DNA of 64,000 bases from an uncultured Lachnospiraceae bacterium (GCA_934351835.1 CAKRJP010000007.1:1268-65267), one strand, 5' to 3'. Shown: positions 37,217 through 47,597, counted from the first letter of the stretch. The notes: generated from the letters alone by a model not told the origin. A program made the numbers and translations.

Positions 37217-37957
37217 TCAGATTGTAGCAAGCTGCTGCACTGCGTCAGTGCTAAGGATAACCTCGCAATGTTCCTCTAAAAATGCGAGATTAGCGCCGGA
37301 AGCTTTCTCAATGTTACCATATTCGGATAACATATTGCACAGACGATTGAAATCATTGATTGAATGATCAGACTGTGTCAGTGCGAGGAGAAACAAATCT
37401 TCCGCTGGATCCTTATATAAAGTATTGGAACCATGGTACATCGGTGTAAGTACCTGAGATGCCTTTAATACATTATCTATGGTAGAGAATGAAAACAGCC
37501 GGAGTGCCGGTGCAGATGGTTCATTTTCAGAAACTTCTGCTTCAGCAGTCTGGGCGTCTTCGGAAATCCCCAGTTTTTCATTTAATTTTCCGAGAAGATC
37601 CATCAAAGTCTCAGCGCCTTCGAGCTTCGCAGGAGTGGCCGCTTTCTTCGAAAGATTGTCATCACCGTTGGACGGTGCAAATTTCGAAAATCTGGTGTCC
37701 AGTTCCTCTGGGTCCTCTACTTTAGTAATTATCAGCACGATTGAATCAGAAGAAGCCGGAATGGCTTCAATCATCAGCGGGATATCATCCGCCTCAAATC
37801 CAAATTCGTAGGCTGCCTGTTGCATCATATCGTGGAAAAGTGATTTCGCTTTTTCGGTTCCATACGCAAGTTCGCTAAGTTGAAGCTGGCGTTCAGCCAG
37901 ATCTGCGTGGGTTAAAGTGCAGCGAATCTGATTATCATTGAGCTTTTCAATCTTCAT
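37217..37957 (-). CDS. mecA: Adaptor protein MecA
   Basis: MKIEKLNDNQIRCTLTHADLAERQLQLSELAYGTEKAKSLFHDMMQQA is the classic MecA N-terminus. ATG 37957 follows ggaaggaag. Confidence 0.85.
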   Translation of the reverse strand: MKIEKLNDNQIRCTLTHADLAERQLQLSELAYGTEKAKSLFHDMMQQAAYEFGFEADDIPLMIEAIPASSDSIVLIITKVEDPEELDTRFSKFAPSNGDDNLSKKAATPAKLEGAETLMDLLGKLNEKLGISEDAQTAEAEVSENEPSAPALRLFSFSTIDNVLKASQVLTPMYHGSNTLYKDPAEDLFLLALTQSDHSINDFNRLCNMLSEYGNIEKASGANLAFLEEHCEVILSTDAVQQLATI

Positions 37958-38038
37958 ATATATCACTTCCTTCCCGCTTAGTATAGCATAGAAAATAGAA
38001 GATGTTCAAATAAAATAAGTGTAAATTAAAAAAAGTGC

Positions 38039-38067
38039 TTGCGTGAGAAATAGGCATCCATTATAAT
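38039..38067 (+). promoter_or_regulatory. sigma-A promoter (TTGCGT-17-TATAAT)
   Basis: ttgcgt at 38039-38044 and tataat at 38062-38067. The first ORF with a good RBS begins about 350 nt downstream. Confidence 0.55.
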
Positions 38068-38419
38068 AGCATTTACCAGAAGATAGTTTTCCCGGATAAC
38101 TGTGTTCTTAGAACAGGGAGGGAGAATTTCCAGAATTAATTTAATATATCTACTTTGTTTTTCAAAATGTAAAATCTGTGGATCTATATAAAACAATCAG
38201 AACAGCCATTTCAGGCAAAGATAATCACAAGAGTTATAATTTATGAAAATCATGAATGTTATTGCAACGCAAGAACTGTCTTCTGTTGCAAGTCAGCTGT
38301 AGCGCATTTTTATAGTAAAGACCAATGTATCACAGCATCTCCTATTGCTATCAGTATATGCATTTACAGCCACAGTTATCATCGATTTTGCAATAACAGC
38401 AAAATAAGGAGGAAACAGC

Positions 38420-38641
38420 ATGGGAAATAATGAGGATCAAGTTCTTTTCCGTGAACTGACAAATTATGAAAAGAAACAAGTGGGTTTAAAGATGAATGGA
38501 ATGCCTGCGAGCCCCATGCAGATCGTGCATGCGCATATGATGAAAGAAGAAAATCTTTATATGAGAGACTATGTGCTGAATGATGACGGAGATATTAAGG
38601 AAGTTGATTTTAACAGTATTTATCCGATGAGATTTAGTTAA
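38420..38641 (+). CDS. Hypothetical small protein
   Basis: 73 aa with a strong RBS (taaggagg). No family recognised. Confidence 0.5.
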   Translation: MGNNEDQVLFRELTNYEKKQVGLKMNGMPASPMQIVHAHMMKEENLYMRDYVLNDDGDIKEVDFNSIYPMRFS

Positions 38642-38737
38642 TTGAGGAAATGTGTATACCCCGCATGAATCAGTCGAAAATAAATAATGACGTGTGTCGA
38701 ATGGTTTGTTATAATGATATCTAATAGGAGGTTTAGT

Positions 38738-40513
38738 ATGAGCCAGGGAATAAAAGACAGACAGGCCGCAAGACGCAAGAGTCAGATCGCAAAGCGGAAA
38801 AGAGCCCGTCGAAGAAGAAAGATAAGAAGAATCATCACGATCATGCTTTTGTTCATATTGATTGTTGCAGCTGCTTTAGCAGCATTTGTGTGGAAAAGAT
38901 ATAGTCCGACAAAAGAAAAGTATGATTTGAACGAATATTATGGTATAGAAAAAGAAGGACAGATGGCAGTAATTGTCAATAATCATGTAGCAGGAGCGGC
39001 CGGAATGATAGCAGACGGTAAGGCATATGTGCAGTATGATACCGTGAGGGATTCGGTGAACAGCCGGTTCTATTGGGATTCGGAAGGGCAGACGCTTTTG
39101 TATACTTTGCCGAATGATATTGTTTCAGCGGAAGCTGACAGTAAAGAGTATGCAGTGTCTAAGGACAAGAAGAGCGAAGATTACGTCATTGTGAAGATGG
39201 ATGGAGATACACCTTATATCGCATTAGATTTTATTCAGCAGTATACGAATATTGATTATGAAGTATACGAGAGTCCGAGCAGGGTGATGATCGAGAGCGA
39301 CTGGGGAAAAGTTTCAGTTGCCGATGTAAAGAAGGATTCTCAGGTGCGTTACCAGGCTGGAGTTAAGAGCCCGATTTTGACAGAAGTTAAAAAGGGCGAT
39401 GAAGTAACATGGTTAGAAGATGAAGGCAGATGGAAGAAAGTAAGAACCAGTGACGGTTTCATAGGATATATCAAGCAATCCGCCCTGAAAAAGGTCGAGA
39501 AAAAGACGAAGAGCAGAGACTTTGAGGAACCGGTTTATACGAACATTTCCAAGGATTACACGATCAATCTGGCATGGCATAATGTAACGAATACAGATGC
39601 CAACGATTCTGTAGAGACATTGGTTGAGCAGACAAAAGGACTGACAACGATCGCACCGACATGGTTCCATGTGGTGAATACCAGCGGAGATATTGAATCC
39701 ATTGCTTCATCAGATTATGTAAGCTATGCACATATGAAGAAATTAGAAGTGTGGGCGACTGTCAGAGACTTTGACAGTGAAGATGGTATTAATTCTTTCG
39801 ATGAATCTTATGAATTGTTGAAGAGTACAGAAGCCAGAAATAATATGATCGACCAGTTGATCAGTGATGCGGTACAGTTGGATCTGGATGGTATTAATGT
39901 GGATTTTGAGAAGATTTCTACAGAGTGTGGAGAGCACTATATTCAGTTTATCCGTGAACTGTCCGTAAGATGCCGACAGAATAATATCGTACTTTCTGTG
40001 GATAATTATGTCCCTAAGAGTTTCAATTTGCAGTACAATCGTGAAGAGCAGGGGGTTGTGGCAGATTATGTGATCATCATGGGATACGATGAGCATTATG
40101 CCGGTTCCGAAGAGGCCGGATCGGTTGCATCATATGATTATGTAAAAGAAGGCATTGATGAGACATTGAAAGAAGTACCTGCAGATAAAGTGATCAGTGC
40201 AATACCATTCTTTACCCGTTTGTGGAAAGAATCTTCAGGAAGTATAGACAGTGATGCGCTGGGTATGGATGATGCAAAGGCAACAGTGGATGCGGCCGGT
40301 GCGCAGGCGGCATGGGACGAGACTACAAAGCAGAACTATGCGACCTGGAAAGGATCAGATGGAACGAAGTATGAGATCTGGCTGGAAGATGCGGATTCTC
40401 TGGAGCCGAAGTTAGAGCTTATGAAGAAGAATAAACTTGCAGGTACCGCAGAATGGGCACTTGGACTGGAAAATCAGGATATCTGGACTTTGATACAAAA
40501 GTACACAAAATAG
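38738..40513 (+). CDS. GH18 glycoside hydrolase with SH3 domain (YaaH/YdhD-like peptidoglycan hydrolase)
   Basis: Start at ATG 38738 (MSQGIKD). There is an N-terminal basic segment plus one TM helix and an SH3-like segment. The GH18 catalytic motif is LDLDGINVDFE. Confidence 0.8.
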   Translation: MSQGIKDRQAARRKSQIAKRKRARRRRKIRRIITIMLLFILIVAAALAAFVWKRYSPTKEKYDLNEYYGIEKEGQMAVIVNNHVAGAAGMIADGKAYVQYDTVRDSVNSRFYWDSEGQTLLYTLPNDIVSAEADSKEYAVSKDKKSEDYVIVKMDGDTPYIALDFIQQYTNIDYEVYESPSRVMIESDWGKVSVADVKKDSQVRYQAGVKSPILTEVKKGDEVTWLEDEGRWKKVRTSDGFIGYIKQSALKKVEKKTKSRDFEEPVYTNISKDYTINLAWHNVTNTDANDSVETLVEQTKGLTTIAPTWFHVVNTSGDIESIASSDYVSYAHMKKLEVWATVRDFDSEDGINSFDESYELLKSTEARNNMIDQLISDAVQLDLDGINVDFEKISTECGEHYIQFIRELSVRCRQNNIVLSVDNYVPKSFNLQYNREEQGVVADYVIIMGYDEHYAGSEEAGSVASYDYVKEGIDETLKEVPADKVISAIPFFTRLWKESSGSIDSDALGMDDAKATVDAAGAQAAWDETTKQNYATWKGSDGTKYEIWLEDADSLEPKLELMKKNKLAGTAEWALGLENQDIWTLIQKYTK

Positions 40514-40534
40514 CAAATAATAAAATATAAAAAT

Positions 40535-40583
40535 TCCTCCGGAGTCATATATTACAGTAATGGTGGCTTCCGGAGGATTTTTT
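40535..40583 (+). terminator. Hairpin plus T6 that contains the cwlD ribosome-binding site
   Basis: Arms tcctccgga (40535-40543) and tccggagga (40569-40577) are followed by tttttt. ATG 40584 comes immediately after. Confidence 0.55.
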
Positions 40584-41264
40584 ATGTATAAAAAAATAGA
40601 ATTTTTGTTTTTGATCATTTTACTGATTGCATTGATCACGGTGAGTGGAAAGATGGAGGATTATGTTTCCAGTGGCGCGGTGGAAGCAAAAAAGGTGGAA
40701 GTTGTATTGGATCCGGGACATGGGGCATCAGATCCGGGGAAAATAGGAATCAATCAGGCGCCGGAAAAAGATATTAATTTGAAAATAGCGAAGAAAGTAC
40801 AGAGTCGATTGGAAAAAGAAGGAATACAGGTAGCAATGACCCGAGAAAAAGATGAGATGCTGGCCCAGGAAAGCGACACTAATAAAAAAATCCAGGATAT
40901 GAAAGCTCGAGTACAGTTGATGAATGAAAGTTCACCCAAACTGGTGGTAAGTATCCACCAGAACAGCTACACTGATGAGAAGATACATGGGGCCCAGGTG
41001 TTTTATTATGCGCAGTCTGCAGAGGGAAAACAGGCAGCAGAGATTATGCAGAAAGCGTTGCTCAAAGTGGATGCAGATAATAAACGGCAGGCAAAAGCGA
41101 ACAGTACATATTATATTTTGAAGCGGACAAAGCCGCCGACGATTATTGTCGAATGCGGATTTTTAAGTAACCCGGAGGAAGCAAAATTACTGGTTTCGGA
41201 TGCGTATCAGGAGAAACTGGCAGATGCGATTGAGGAGGGAATATTGGCTTGTCTGTCAAAATAG
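40584..41264 (+). CDS. cwlD: N-acetylmuramoyl-L-alanine amidase (Amidase_3, CwlD-like)
   Basis: An N-terminal TM helix is followed by VVLDPGHGASDPG, SIHQNS and ECGFLSNPEE. Confidence 0.8.
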   Translation: MYKKIEFLFLIILLIALITVSGKMEDYVSSGAVEAKKVEVVLDPGHGASDPGKIGINQAPEKDINLKIAKKVQSRLEKEGIQVAMTREKDEMLAQESDTNKKIQDMKARVQLMNESSPKLVVSIHQNSYTDEKIHGAQVFYYAQSAEGKQAAEIMQKALLKVDADNKRQAKANSTYYILKRTKPPTIIVECGFLSNPEEAKLLVSDAYQEKLADAIEEGILACLSK

Positions 41265-41313
41265 AGTGTGGTAAACTAAAACACAGAATAAAGCACCAGA
41301 AAGGGGAATTTAG

Positions 41314-41802
41314 ATGGGAAGCCAGAGAACAGATTATATCAGTTGGGATGAATATTTTATGGGAGTTGCCAAATTATCTGGCATGCGCTCGAAAGATCCG
41401 AATACACAAGTGGGATGCTGCATTGTGAGCCAGGATAATAAGATTTTGTCTATGGGATATAATGGATTTCCAATCGGATGTTCCGATGAAGAATTTCCGT
41501 GGATACGCGAGGGTGAAGATCCGTTAGAGACAAAGTATGTTTATACGGTACACAGCGAGTTGAATGCGATTTTAAATTATCGTGGCGGCAGCCTGGAAGG
41601 TGCAAAATTGTACGTTTCATTATTTCCGTGTAATGAATGTGCAAAAGCAATCATTCAAAGTGGTATTAAAGAAGTGATTTATGACAGTAATAAGTATGAG
41701 GGGACAGCGGCAGTTCTGGCATCGATGCGTATGTTTAAGGCAGCCGGAGTCAAATATCATAAGTATCAGAGATCAAACAGAGAAGTGAAGATTGAGTTGT
41801 AG
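41314..41802 (+). CDS. comEB: dCMP deaminase
   Basis: Zn-deaminase motifs HSELNA and PCNECAK are present, as is the N-terminus ISWDEYFM. Confidence 0.9.
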   Translation: MGSQRTDYISWDEYFMGVAKLSGMRSKDPNTQVGCCIVSQDNKILSMGYNGFPIGCSDEEFPWIREGEDPLETKYVYTVHSELNAILNYRGGSLEGAKLYVSLFPCNECAKAIIQSGIKEVIYDSNKYEGTAAVLASMRMFKAAGVKYHKYQRSNREVKIEL

Positions 41803-41807
41803 GGAGT

Positions 41808-42029
41808 GTGATAAATGCGATGTCAGATGGTAAATCTCATATTTTGATGAACTTTCTGATAAGAGCCGTTGTAGGGATGGCGATCATATTTTTTACAAAT
41901 GACTTTTTAGCGTCGCAGGGTATTAATGCTGCAGTGGGATTGAATCCGGTAAGTTTTATTGCTTCCGGCACTATGGGAATGCCGGGTGTGGCGCTTTTGT
42001 ATGGAATTGTTTTTTATCGTATGTTATAG
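41808..42029 (+). CDS. bofA: Pro-sigma-K processing inhibitor BofA-like protein
   Basis: 73-aa two-TM protein. The sequence ...NFLIRAVVGMAIIFFTN...GLNPVSFIASGTMGMPGVALLYGI resembles BofA. The start may be GTG 41808 or ATG 41820. Confidence 0.65.
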   Translation: MINAMSDGKSHILMNFLIRAVVGMAIIFFTNDFLASQGINAAVGLNPVSFIASGTMGMPGVALLYGIVFYRML

Positions 42030-42079
42030 ATGAGATGAGGATCAGGATGGTTTTACATACGAACGAGGAGGAATGACAG

Positions 42080-43159
42080 ATGGATACCATCGTAGGAATA
42101 ATAGACAAAGAGTTTATGCACAGTGAATCCGAGGAGATAAAGCAGCAGGCAAAGGAAGTACTGGAAACTGCCGGAGAGATTTTAAAAAATGGCGGACTGG
42201 TTGCATTTCCGACAGAGACGGTTTATGGATTGGGGGCAGATGGACTTAACGAAGATGCGTCTAAGAAAATTTATGCGGCGAAAGGCAGGCCGTCTGACAA
42301 TCCGTTGATCATCCATATTACCAATATGGATGCGCTGGAGAAGATCGTGAAAGAGGTTCCGGAAGTTGCCAGGGTTGTTGCGGATAAATACTGGCCAGGA
42401 CCGCTGACGATGATTTTTAAGAAAGCCGACTGCGTGCCGTATGGAACGACAGGAGGTCTGGATACGGTTGCAGTCCGTATGCCGGTCCATGAAGTGGCAA
42501 AGGCAGTTATAGATGCAGGGGGCGGATACATTGCAGCACCGAGTGCCAACACTTCGGGACGACCGAGCCCGACAACTGCAGAGCATGTAAAAGAAGATCT
42601 GACAGGGAAGATAGATATGATCGTGGATGGGGGACCGGTCGATATCGGGGTAGAGTCTTCGATTTTGGACGTGACCGTTGACCCACCGATGATTTTAAGA
42701 CCGGGCGCAATTACCAAAGAGATGTTTGAAGATCTGATCGGAGAAGTTACGATCGATCAGACATTGATTAAACCTGACAGCAAAATCGTGCCAAAAGCAC
42801 CGGGAATGAAGTATCGCCATTATGCACCGAAAGCGGATCTTACGATTGTAGAAGGTTGCATGGAAAATGTGATTGACAGCATTAATCATCTGGCAGATGA
42901 GAAGATCCGGGAAGGTTTTAAAGTGGGAATCATCGGAACCGAAGAAAGTATTGATAAATATGTGCAGGGAGACATCAAATGTGTGGGAACCCGCGAAGAT
43001 GAGGCTACAATTGCAAACCATCTGTATGGAATTTTGAGAGAGTTTGATACAGATAAAGTAGAGTATATTTTCAGCGAATCTTTTGACAGAGATGGAATAG
43101 GAAGTGCTGTGATGAATCGTTTGCTGAAAGCGGCGGGACATCATGTGATGCATGTATAG
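42080..43159 (+). CDS. tsaC: L-threonylcarbamoyladenylate synthase (Sua5/YwlC type)
   Basis: The YrdC domain has FPTETVYGLGADG and SANTSGRPSP. A Sua5 C-terminal domain follows. Confidence 0.9.
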   Translation: MDTIVGIIDKEFMHSESEEIKQQAKEVLETAGEILKNGGLVAFPTETVYGLGADGLNEDASKKIYAAKGRPSDNPLIIHITNMDALEKIVKEVPEVARVVADKYWPGPLTMIFKKADCVPYGTTGGLDTVAVRMPVHEVAKAVIDAGGGYIAAPSANTSGRPSPTTAEHVKEDLTGKIDMIVDGGPVDIGVESSILDVTVDPPMILRPGAITKEMFEDLIGEVTIDQTLIKPDSKIVPKAPGMKYRHYAPKADLTIVEGCMENVIDSINHLADEKIREGFKVGIIGTEESIDKYVQGDIKCVGTREDEATIANHLYGILREFDTDKVEYIFSESFDRDGIGSAVMNRLLKAAGHHVMHV

Positions 43160-43270
43160 GATGAAATAAGTTGGGATGTTGTATACGTGTCGTCAAAATG
43201 TGTCACGCTGTAGCATAAGCGTCACATAAATGTGTCATATCAGCACGCGAAAATTGTATATTTGACATCG

Positions 43271-43298
43271 AAAAACCGCGGAATATCGCGGTTTTTTT
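43271..43298 (+). terminator. Rho-independent terminator
   Basis: Arms aaaaaccgcg and cgcggt are followed by tttttt. Confidence 0.7.
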
Positions 43299-43539
43299 GA
43301 TATGCTGTTGTCAAAAATTCTGGAAATTTGTAAGGCTTGCACAAAAAAAGACAATTTCCAGAAAAGGGATAGACAAACAAAAAGCTGGTGGTTATAATCA
43401 TCCTACAAGTTACGAATTGGTAACTTATCTGATTGTTTTATTCTATAAAGATTCACGAATTCTTATAAGATTCTAACTGTCATTTCGACGTAGATTCAAG
43501 TAAGTAACAAGATAAAAGCTCTTAAAGGAGGGATAATAT

Positions 43540-44454
43540 GTGAGCAGCCGAAGTTTGGTGATCTGCGATAAGGAGGAAGGATATGCCACAGCACTTGCGA
43601 CATATTTAACACAACAGAAGGAAATTGCATTTCAGGTGCAGGTTTGTAATGATCCGGCACAGTTGGTTGAGATGCAGAGGCTACAGAAGATAGACATTTT
43701 ATTGATCAGCGAGATATACAGCAGAGATAAAAAGAAAGAGATTACAGCCGGAAAGATATTGATATTGACTGAGCGGTGTGTAAGGACATCGCAACAATCA
43801 AAGAAAGTATTGTATAAATATCAGTCGGGAGATACACTGCTTGCACAGATCATAAGTTATTGCAATGCAGAAGGAAAAGGACATTTGCTTGCGCAGAGGA
43901 AGAGGATTTCTACCAGAAAGATTATAGGGATTTTCTCACCGGTTCACAGATGTGGCAAGACGAGTTATGCATTACGGATCGGGAAAGAGATGGCTATATC
44001 AGACAGAGTATTGTATCTGGGGATGGAACATTATGGTGGAAAAGAAGGATATTTCCCGGAAGGCGTTCAGACAATTTCAGATGCTTTATATTATGCAAGG
44101 CAGGAAGGCGAGAACCTGGGGATGATGCTTCCGGGGATGGTGGATCATATGGATGGTCTGGACTATCTTTCACCGGCGAAAGTATCTGAGGATATCAGGG
44201 AAACTACAGCAGAGGACTGGAAAGTTTTTATCGAAAAGATTCTGGGATCAAGTCCGTATAATATAATACTTTTGGACATAGGCGAAGGAATCCGCGGAGT
44301 ATATGAGATTCTGAGGATGTGTACAGAGATTCATGTACTGACGTTAAACGATAAAGTGTCGGCCGGTAAGATTTTTCAGTTTGAGGAAGAACTACATTTG
44401 CTCGGATATGATGATATAAGAAGAAAGATCATAAAGAAGGAGCAGGCGCTATGA
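43540..44454 (+). CDS. CpaE/TadZ-like (receiver-like N-terminus plus degenerate MinD/ParA P-loop) pilus assembly protein
   Basis: GTG start. The segment IIGIFSPVHRCGKTSYALRIG is a deviant P-loop. The gene is the first of the Tad operon. Confidence 0.6.
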   Translation: MSSRSLVICDKEEGYATALATYLTQQKEIAFQVQVCNDPAQLVEMQRLQKIDILLISEIYSRDKKKEITAGKILILTERCVRTSQQSKKVLYKYQSGDTLLAQIISYCNAEGKGHLLAQRKRISTRKIIGIFSPVHRCGKTSYALRIGKEMAISDRVLYLGMEHYGGKEGYFPEGVQTISDALYYARQEGENLGMMLPGMVDHMDGLDYLSPAKVSEDIRETTAEDWKVFIEKILGSSPYNIILLDIGEGIRGVYEILRMCTEIHVLTLNDKVSAGKIFQFEEELHLLGYDDIRRKIIKKEQAL

Positions 44455-45683
44455 TTTCGGTGGAGACACTCCATGCAAGAGTGTTAAGAGAGCTGGATAT
44501 GACGAAAGATACTTCGGATGAAGAACTGACGAGATTGATCTACCGGATATTGAAAGAAGCATCGGAAGAAGAATATCTGTCATTGGAACAGCGGACTGCA
44601 TTGGGGAGAGAATTGTTTAATGCATTTCGAAAACTTGATCTGTTGCAGGAGTTTTTAGAAGATGATGATGTCACGGAGATTATGATCAATGGGACGCAGG
44701 CGATTTTCTACGAAAAGGGAGGACGTATCTATCAGTCGGATAAGAGATTTTTATCAAAAGATAAACTGGAAGATGTGATCCAGCAGATTGTTGCAGGATC
44801 AAACCGGTTGGTGAATGAGGCTTCACCTATTGTAGATGCAAGGCTTTCAGACGGTTCACGGGTGAACATAGTATTAGCTCCGATTGCACTTGACGGGCCA
44901 ATTGTAACAATCAGAAAATTTTCCAGAGAAGGCATCACTATGCAGAATCTAATTGCATGGAATTCTATAGATCAGAAAACCGCAACATATCTTACCACTC
45001 TGGTGGCAGCGGGATACAATATATTTATCAGTGGTGGAACCGGGTCCGGTAAGACCACATTCTTAAATGCACTATCAGAATACATTCCAAAGTACGAAAG
45101 AATAATTACAATTGAAGATAATGCTGAATTACAGATTCGTGGCGTTGCCAATCTGGTCCGCCTGGAATCCAGAAATGCGAACGTGGAAGGAACAGGAGAG
45201 ATATCTATCAGAGATCTGATTAAAGCAGCACTCAGGATGCGGCCGGACCGGATTATTGTGGGAGAAGTGCGGTCTGCGGAGGCTATCGATATGTTACAGG
45301 CACTTAATACAGGGCATGACGGAAGTTTAAGTACAGGACATGCCAATAGTCCGGGAGACATGCTTTCCAGGTTAGAGACAATGGTATTGATGGGGATGGA
45401 TCTGCCGCTTGCGGCAATTCAGAGACAGATTGCATCGGGGATAGATGTTATCGTCCATTTAGGCAGGTTGCGTGATAAGAGCAGAAAAGTTCTGGAAATT
45501 GTGGAAGTCCTGGGCTATGCAGAGGGTGAAATTCAGTTGCAGACATTGATTCAATATCAGGAGAAGGGAGAACAGAAAGGAAAAATTACAGGGGAATGGA
45601 GGAATATGCATGAACTTGTGCATAGACAAAAGCTGGAGGCAGCAGGATATCAAAAAGGGAGAATGGATACAGATCATTATTAA
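44451..45683 (+). CDS. cpaF: CpaF/TadA family secretion ATPase
   Basis: Walker A is ISGGTGSGKTT. Other blocks are ITIEDNAEL, RPDRIIVGEVR and NTGHDGSLSTGHAN. Confidence 0.9.
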   Translation: MISVETLHARVLRELDMTKDTSDEELTRLIYRILKEASEEEYLSLEQRTALGRELFNAFRKLDLLQEFLEDDDVTEIMINGTQAIFYEKGGRIYQSDKRFLSKDKLEDVIQQIVAGSNRLVNEASPIVDARLSDGSRVNIVLAPIALDGPIVTIRKFSREGITMQNLIAWNSIDQKTATYLTTLVAAGYNIFISGGTGSGKTTFLNALSEYIPKYERIITIEDNAELQIRGVANLVRLESRNANVEGTGEISIRDLIKAALRMRPDRIIVGEVRSAEAIDMLQALNTGHDGSLSTGHANSPGDMLSRLETMVLMGMDLPLAAIQRQIASGIDVIVHLGRLRDKSRKVLEIVEVLGYAEGEIQLQTLIQYQEKGEQKGKITGEWRNMHELVHRQKLEAAGYQKGRMDTDHY

Positions 45684-46365
45684 ATCCTCAGGAATTTACA
45701 TAATCACGGCATGGCTTTATTACCGCTCTTTTTGGGCATTGATCCCGCTTTTTCCAGTATGGGCGTGGCAGCTTAAGATGATGGCAGAAGAAAAGCGTCA
45801 AGGAAAAGTTCTGGAATTTCAGACTCAGTTTAAGGAGGCTGTGCAGGCGATTTCTTCAGCGTTGAATATCGGATATTCTGTAGAGAATGCAGTGTGTGAG
45901 GCGCAGAAAGAATTGCTGTTGATCTATCCGGAGCAGGCAAGGATATCGAAAGAGTTGCAGCTCATGGTCCGGCAGATGCGTTTTCAGATGCCGGTGGAGC
46001 AGGTATTTACAGAATTTGCGGACCGCATGGAGATAGAAGATGTAAGCAATTTTGCAGATGTGTTTATTTCGGCAAAACGAAGTGGTGGAAATATGGTGTC
46101 AATTATTCAGAATACGGTAAAGCAGATCAGTGACAAGATAGATGTTCGACGGGAGATTGAGACGATACTGGCTGCAAAAAAGTATGAATTTAAAATAATG
46201 GCGATAATACCATATGCCATTATCGGATACATGACATTTAGTTTTCCGGAATTTATGGACAATCTATATGGAAACTTACTGGGGATTGGAGTGATGACAC
46301 TGTGTCTGATAAGTTATTTAGCAGCATATTATATGGGGTTAAAAATAATAACGATAGACATATAA
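45610..46365 (+). CDS. tadB: Type II secretion system F family protein (TadB-like)
   Basis: 251 aa with a T2SSF-type helical domain followed by C-terminal TM helices. The start is uncertain, because the only ATG overlaps cpaF by 74 nt. Confidence 0.65.
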   Translation: MNLCIDKSWRQQDIKKGEWIQIIIKSSGIYIITAWLYYRSFWALIPLFPVWAWQLKMMAEEKRQGKVLEFQTQFKEAVQAISSALNIGYSVENAVCEAQKELLLIYPEQARISKELQLMVRQMRFQMPVEQVFTEFADRMEIEDVSNFADVFISAKRSGGNMVSIIQNTVKQISDKIDVRREIETILAAKKYEFKIMAIIPYAIIGYMTFSFPEFMDNLYGNLLGIGVMTLCLISYLAAYYMGLKIITIDI

Positions 46366-47573
46366 AAGTAGCTTTGGTAGTTGCAATCTTAGTATTTGGA
46401 GTTGGATTAATCCTATATGACTGGAGAGTATCGATGACAGAGCTGGATGAGAACAGATACCGGAACAGTTATGGAAAAGGCAGTAAAACAGAGCAGTTTG
46501 AAGTCCTTCCGGAAGGGGATGACCAGAAAATCCCGATGGAGATAGAAGTGTCCGAGCAGCAGTATACGGAGAAAGAAGCAAAGAAGATGTTTGACCGCTT
46601 GGTCCGGCGGCTGGATAAACTGATTCTTGGGGAGAATAAAACCCTGGATCATGTGGATAAAAATCTGAATTTATTAACAAATGTGGAAAACGAGCCGGTG
46701 ACGATCAGATGGGAACTGGATGATTATCAATGGATGAATGTCCGAGGAGAATTGACTGAAAATGAGAAACCGGCGGATGGGGCAATTGTAAATCTCAGGG
46801 CAATTCTGACATATACGGAGAACGAGACAATACAGACTGTATATGAAAGAGCGGTCTGTATCTATCCGGAGAAAAAATCTAAGAACCAAAAGAAGAAAGA
46901 TTCGATAAAACAAATGGTGACAGAGGCTGAGTCGGAGAACAAAACGAATATTATATGGAAACTTCCAAAGACATTTAACGGGAGGGAAATACATTATTAT
47001 ACAGCGTTCAACCAACGGGGGATTGTTGTGATAGTAATGGCGGTTTTGATAGCGGTGTTGTTGATCCTGCAGCAGAAACAGAATCAAAAAGAGTATGCAA
47101 ATGAGCGGAGAGAGCAGATGATGCTGGATTATCCGGAGATTATTAATAAGCTGACGTTGTTTCTGGGGGCCGGGATGACTGTAAAGAGGGCCTGGAAAAA
47201 GATTGTTCAGGACTATGAACTGCAAAAGGAAGAACGGGGACAGCGATATGCTTATGAAGAGATGAAGCTAACCGTCAGAGAAATAGAAAGCGGTGTTCCG
47301 GAGACAGAAAGCTACGAGAATTTTGGAAAGAGATGTGAAGTACAGGCGTATATGAAACTTGGGGCACTGCTCTCACAAAATCTGAGAAAAGGCGTCAGAG
47401 GATTGGGAGAAATATTACGTTGGGAATCTGTTCAGGCATTTGAAGAAAGAAAAGCAAGAGCAAAAAGAAAAGGTGAAGAAGCGGGAACAAAATTATTATT
47501 ACCAATGTTCCTTATGCTGACAATAGTTTTGGTGGTCGTGATTGTACCGGCGTTTTTATCTGTACAGATTTAA
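46302..47573 (+). CDS. tadC: TadC-like type II secretion system F family protein with an extra N-terminal domain
   Basis: 423 aa. One N-terminal TM helix is followed by a domain of about 200 aa. The T2SSF-like region (LTLFLGAGMTVKRAWKKIV) and terminal TM helices come last. The start is uncertain. Confidence 0.6.
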   Translation: MSDKLFSSILYGVKNNNDRHIKVALVVAILVFGVGLILYDWRVSMTELDENRYRNSYGKGSKTEQFEVLPEGDDQKIPMEIEVSEQQYTEKEAKKMFDRLVRRLDKLILGENKTLDHVDKNLNLLTNVENEPVTIRWELDDYQWMNVRGELTENEKPADGAIVNLRAILTYTENETIQTVYERAVCIYPEKKSKNQKKKDSIKQMVTEAESENKTNIIWKLPKTFNGREIHYYTAFNQRGIVVIVMAVLIAVLLILQQKQNQKEYANERREQMMLDYPEIINKLTLFLGAGMTVKRAWKKIVQDYELQKEERGQRYAYEEMKLTVREIESGVPETESYENFGKRCEVQAYMKLGALLSQNLRKGVRGLGEILRWESVQAFEERKARAKRKGEEAGTKLLLPMFLMLTIVLVVVIVPAFLSVQI

Positions 47574-47597
47574 ACAAAGAAAAGAGGAGTGAAACGT

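Noticed and set aside
46674-47225. 183-aa minus-strand ORF inside tadC, plus other antisense ORFs in the Tad genes
   Set aside because: These are shadow ORFs opposite a coherent, overlapping-gene operon.
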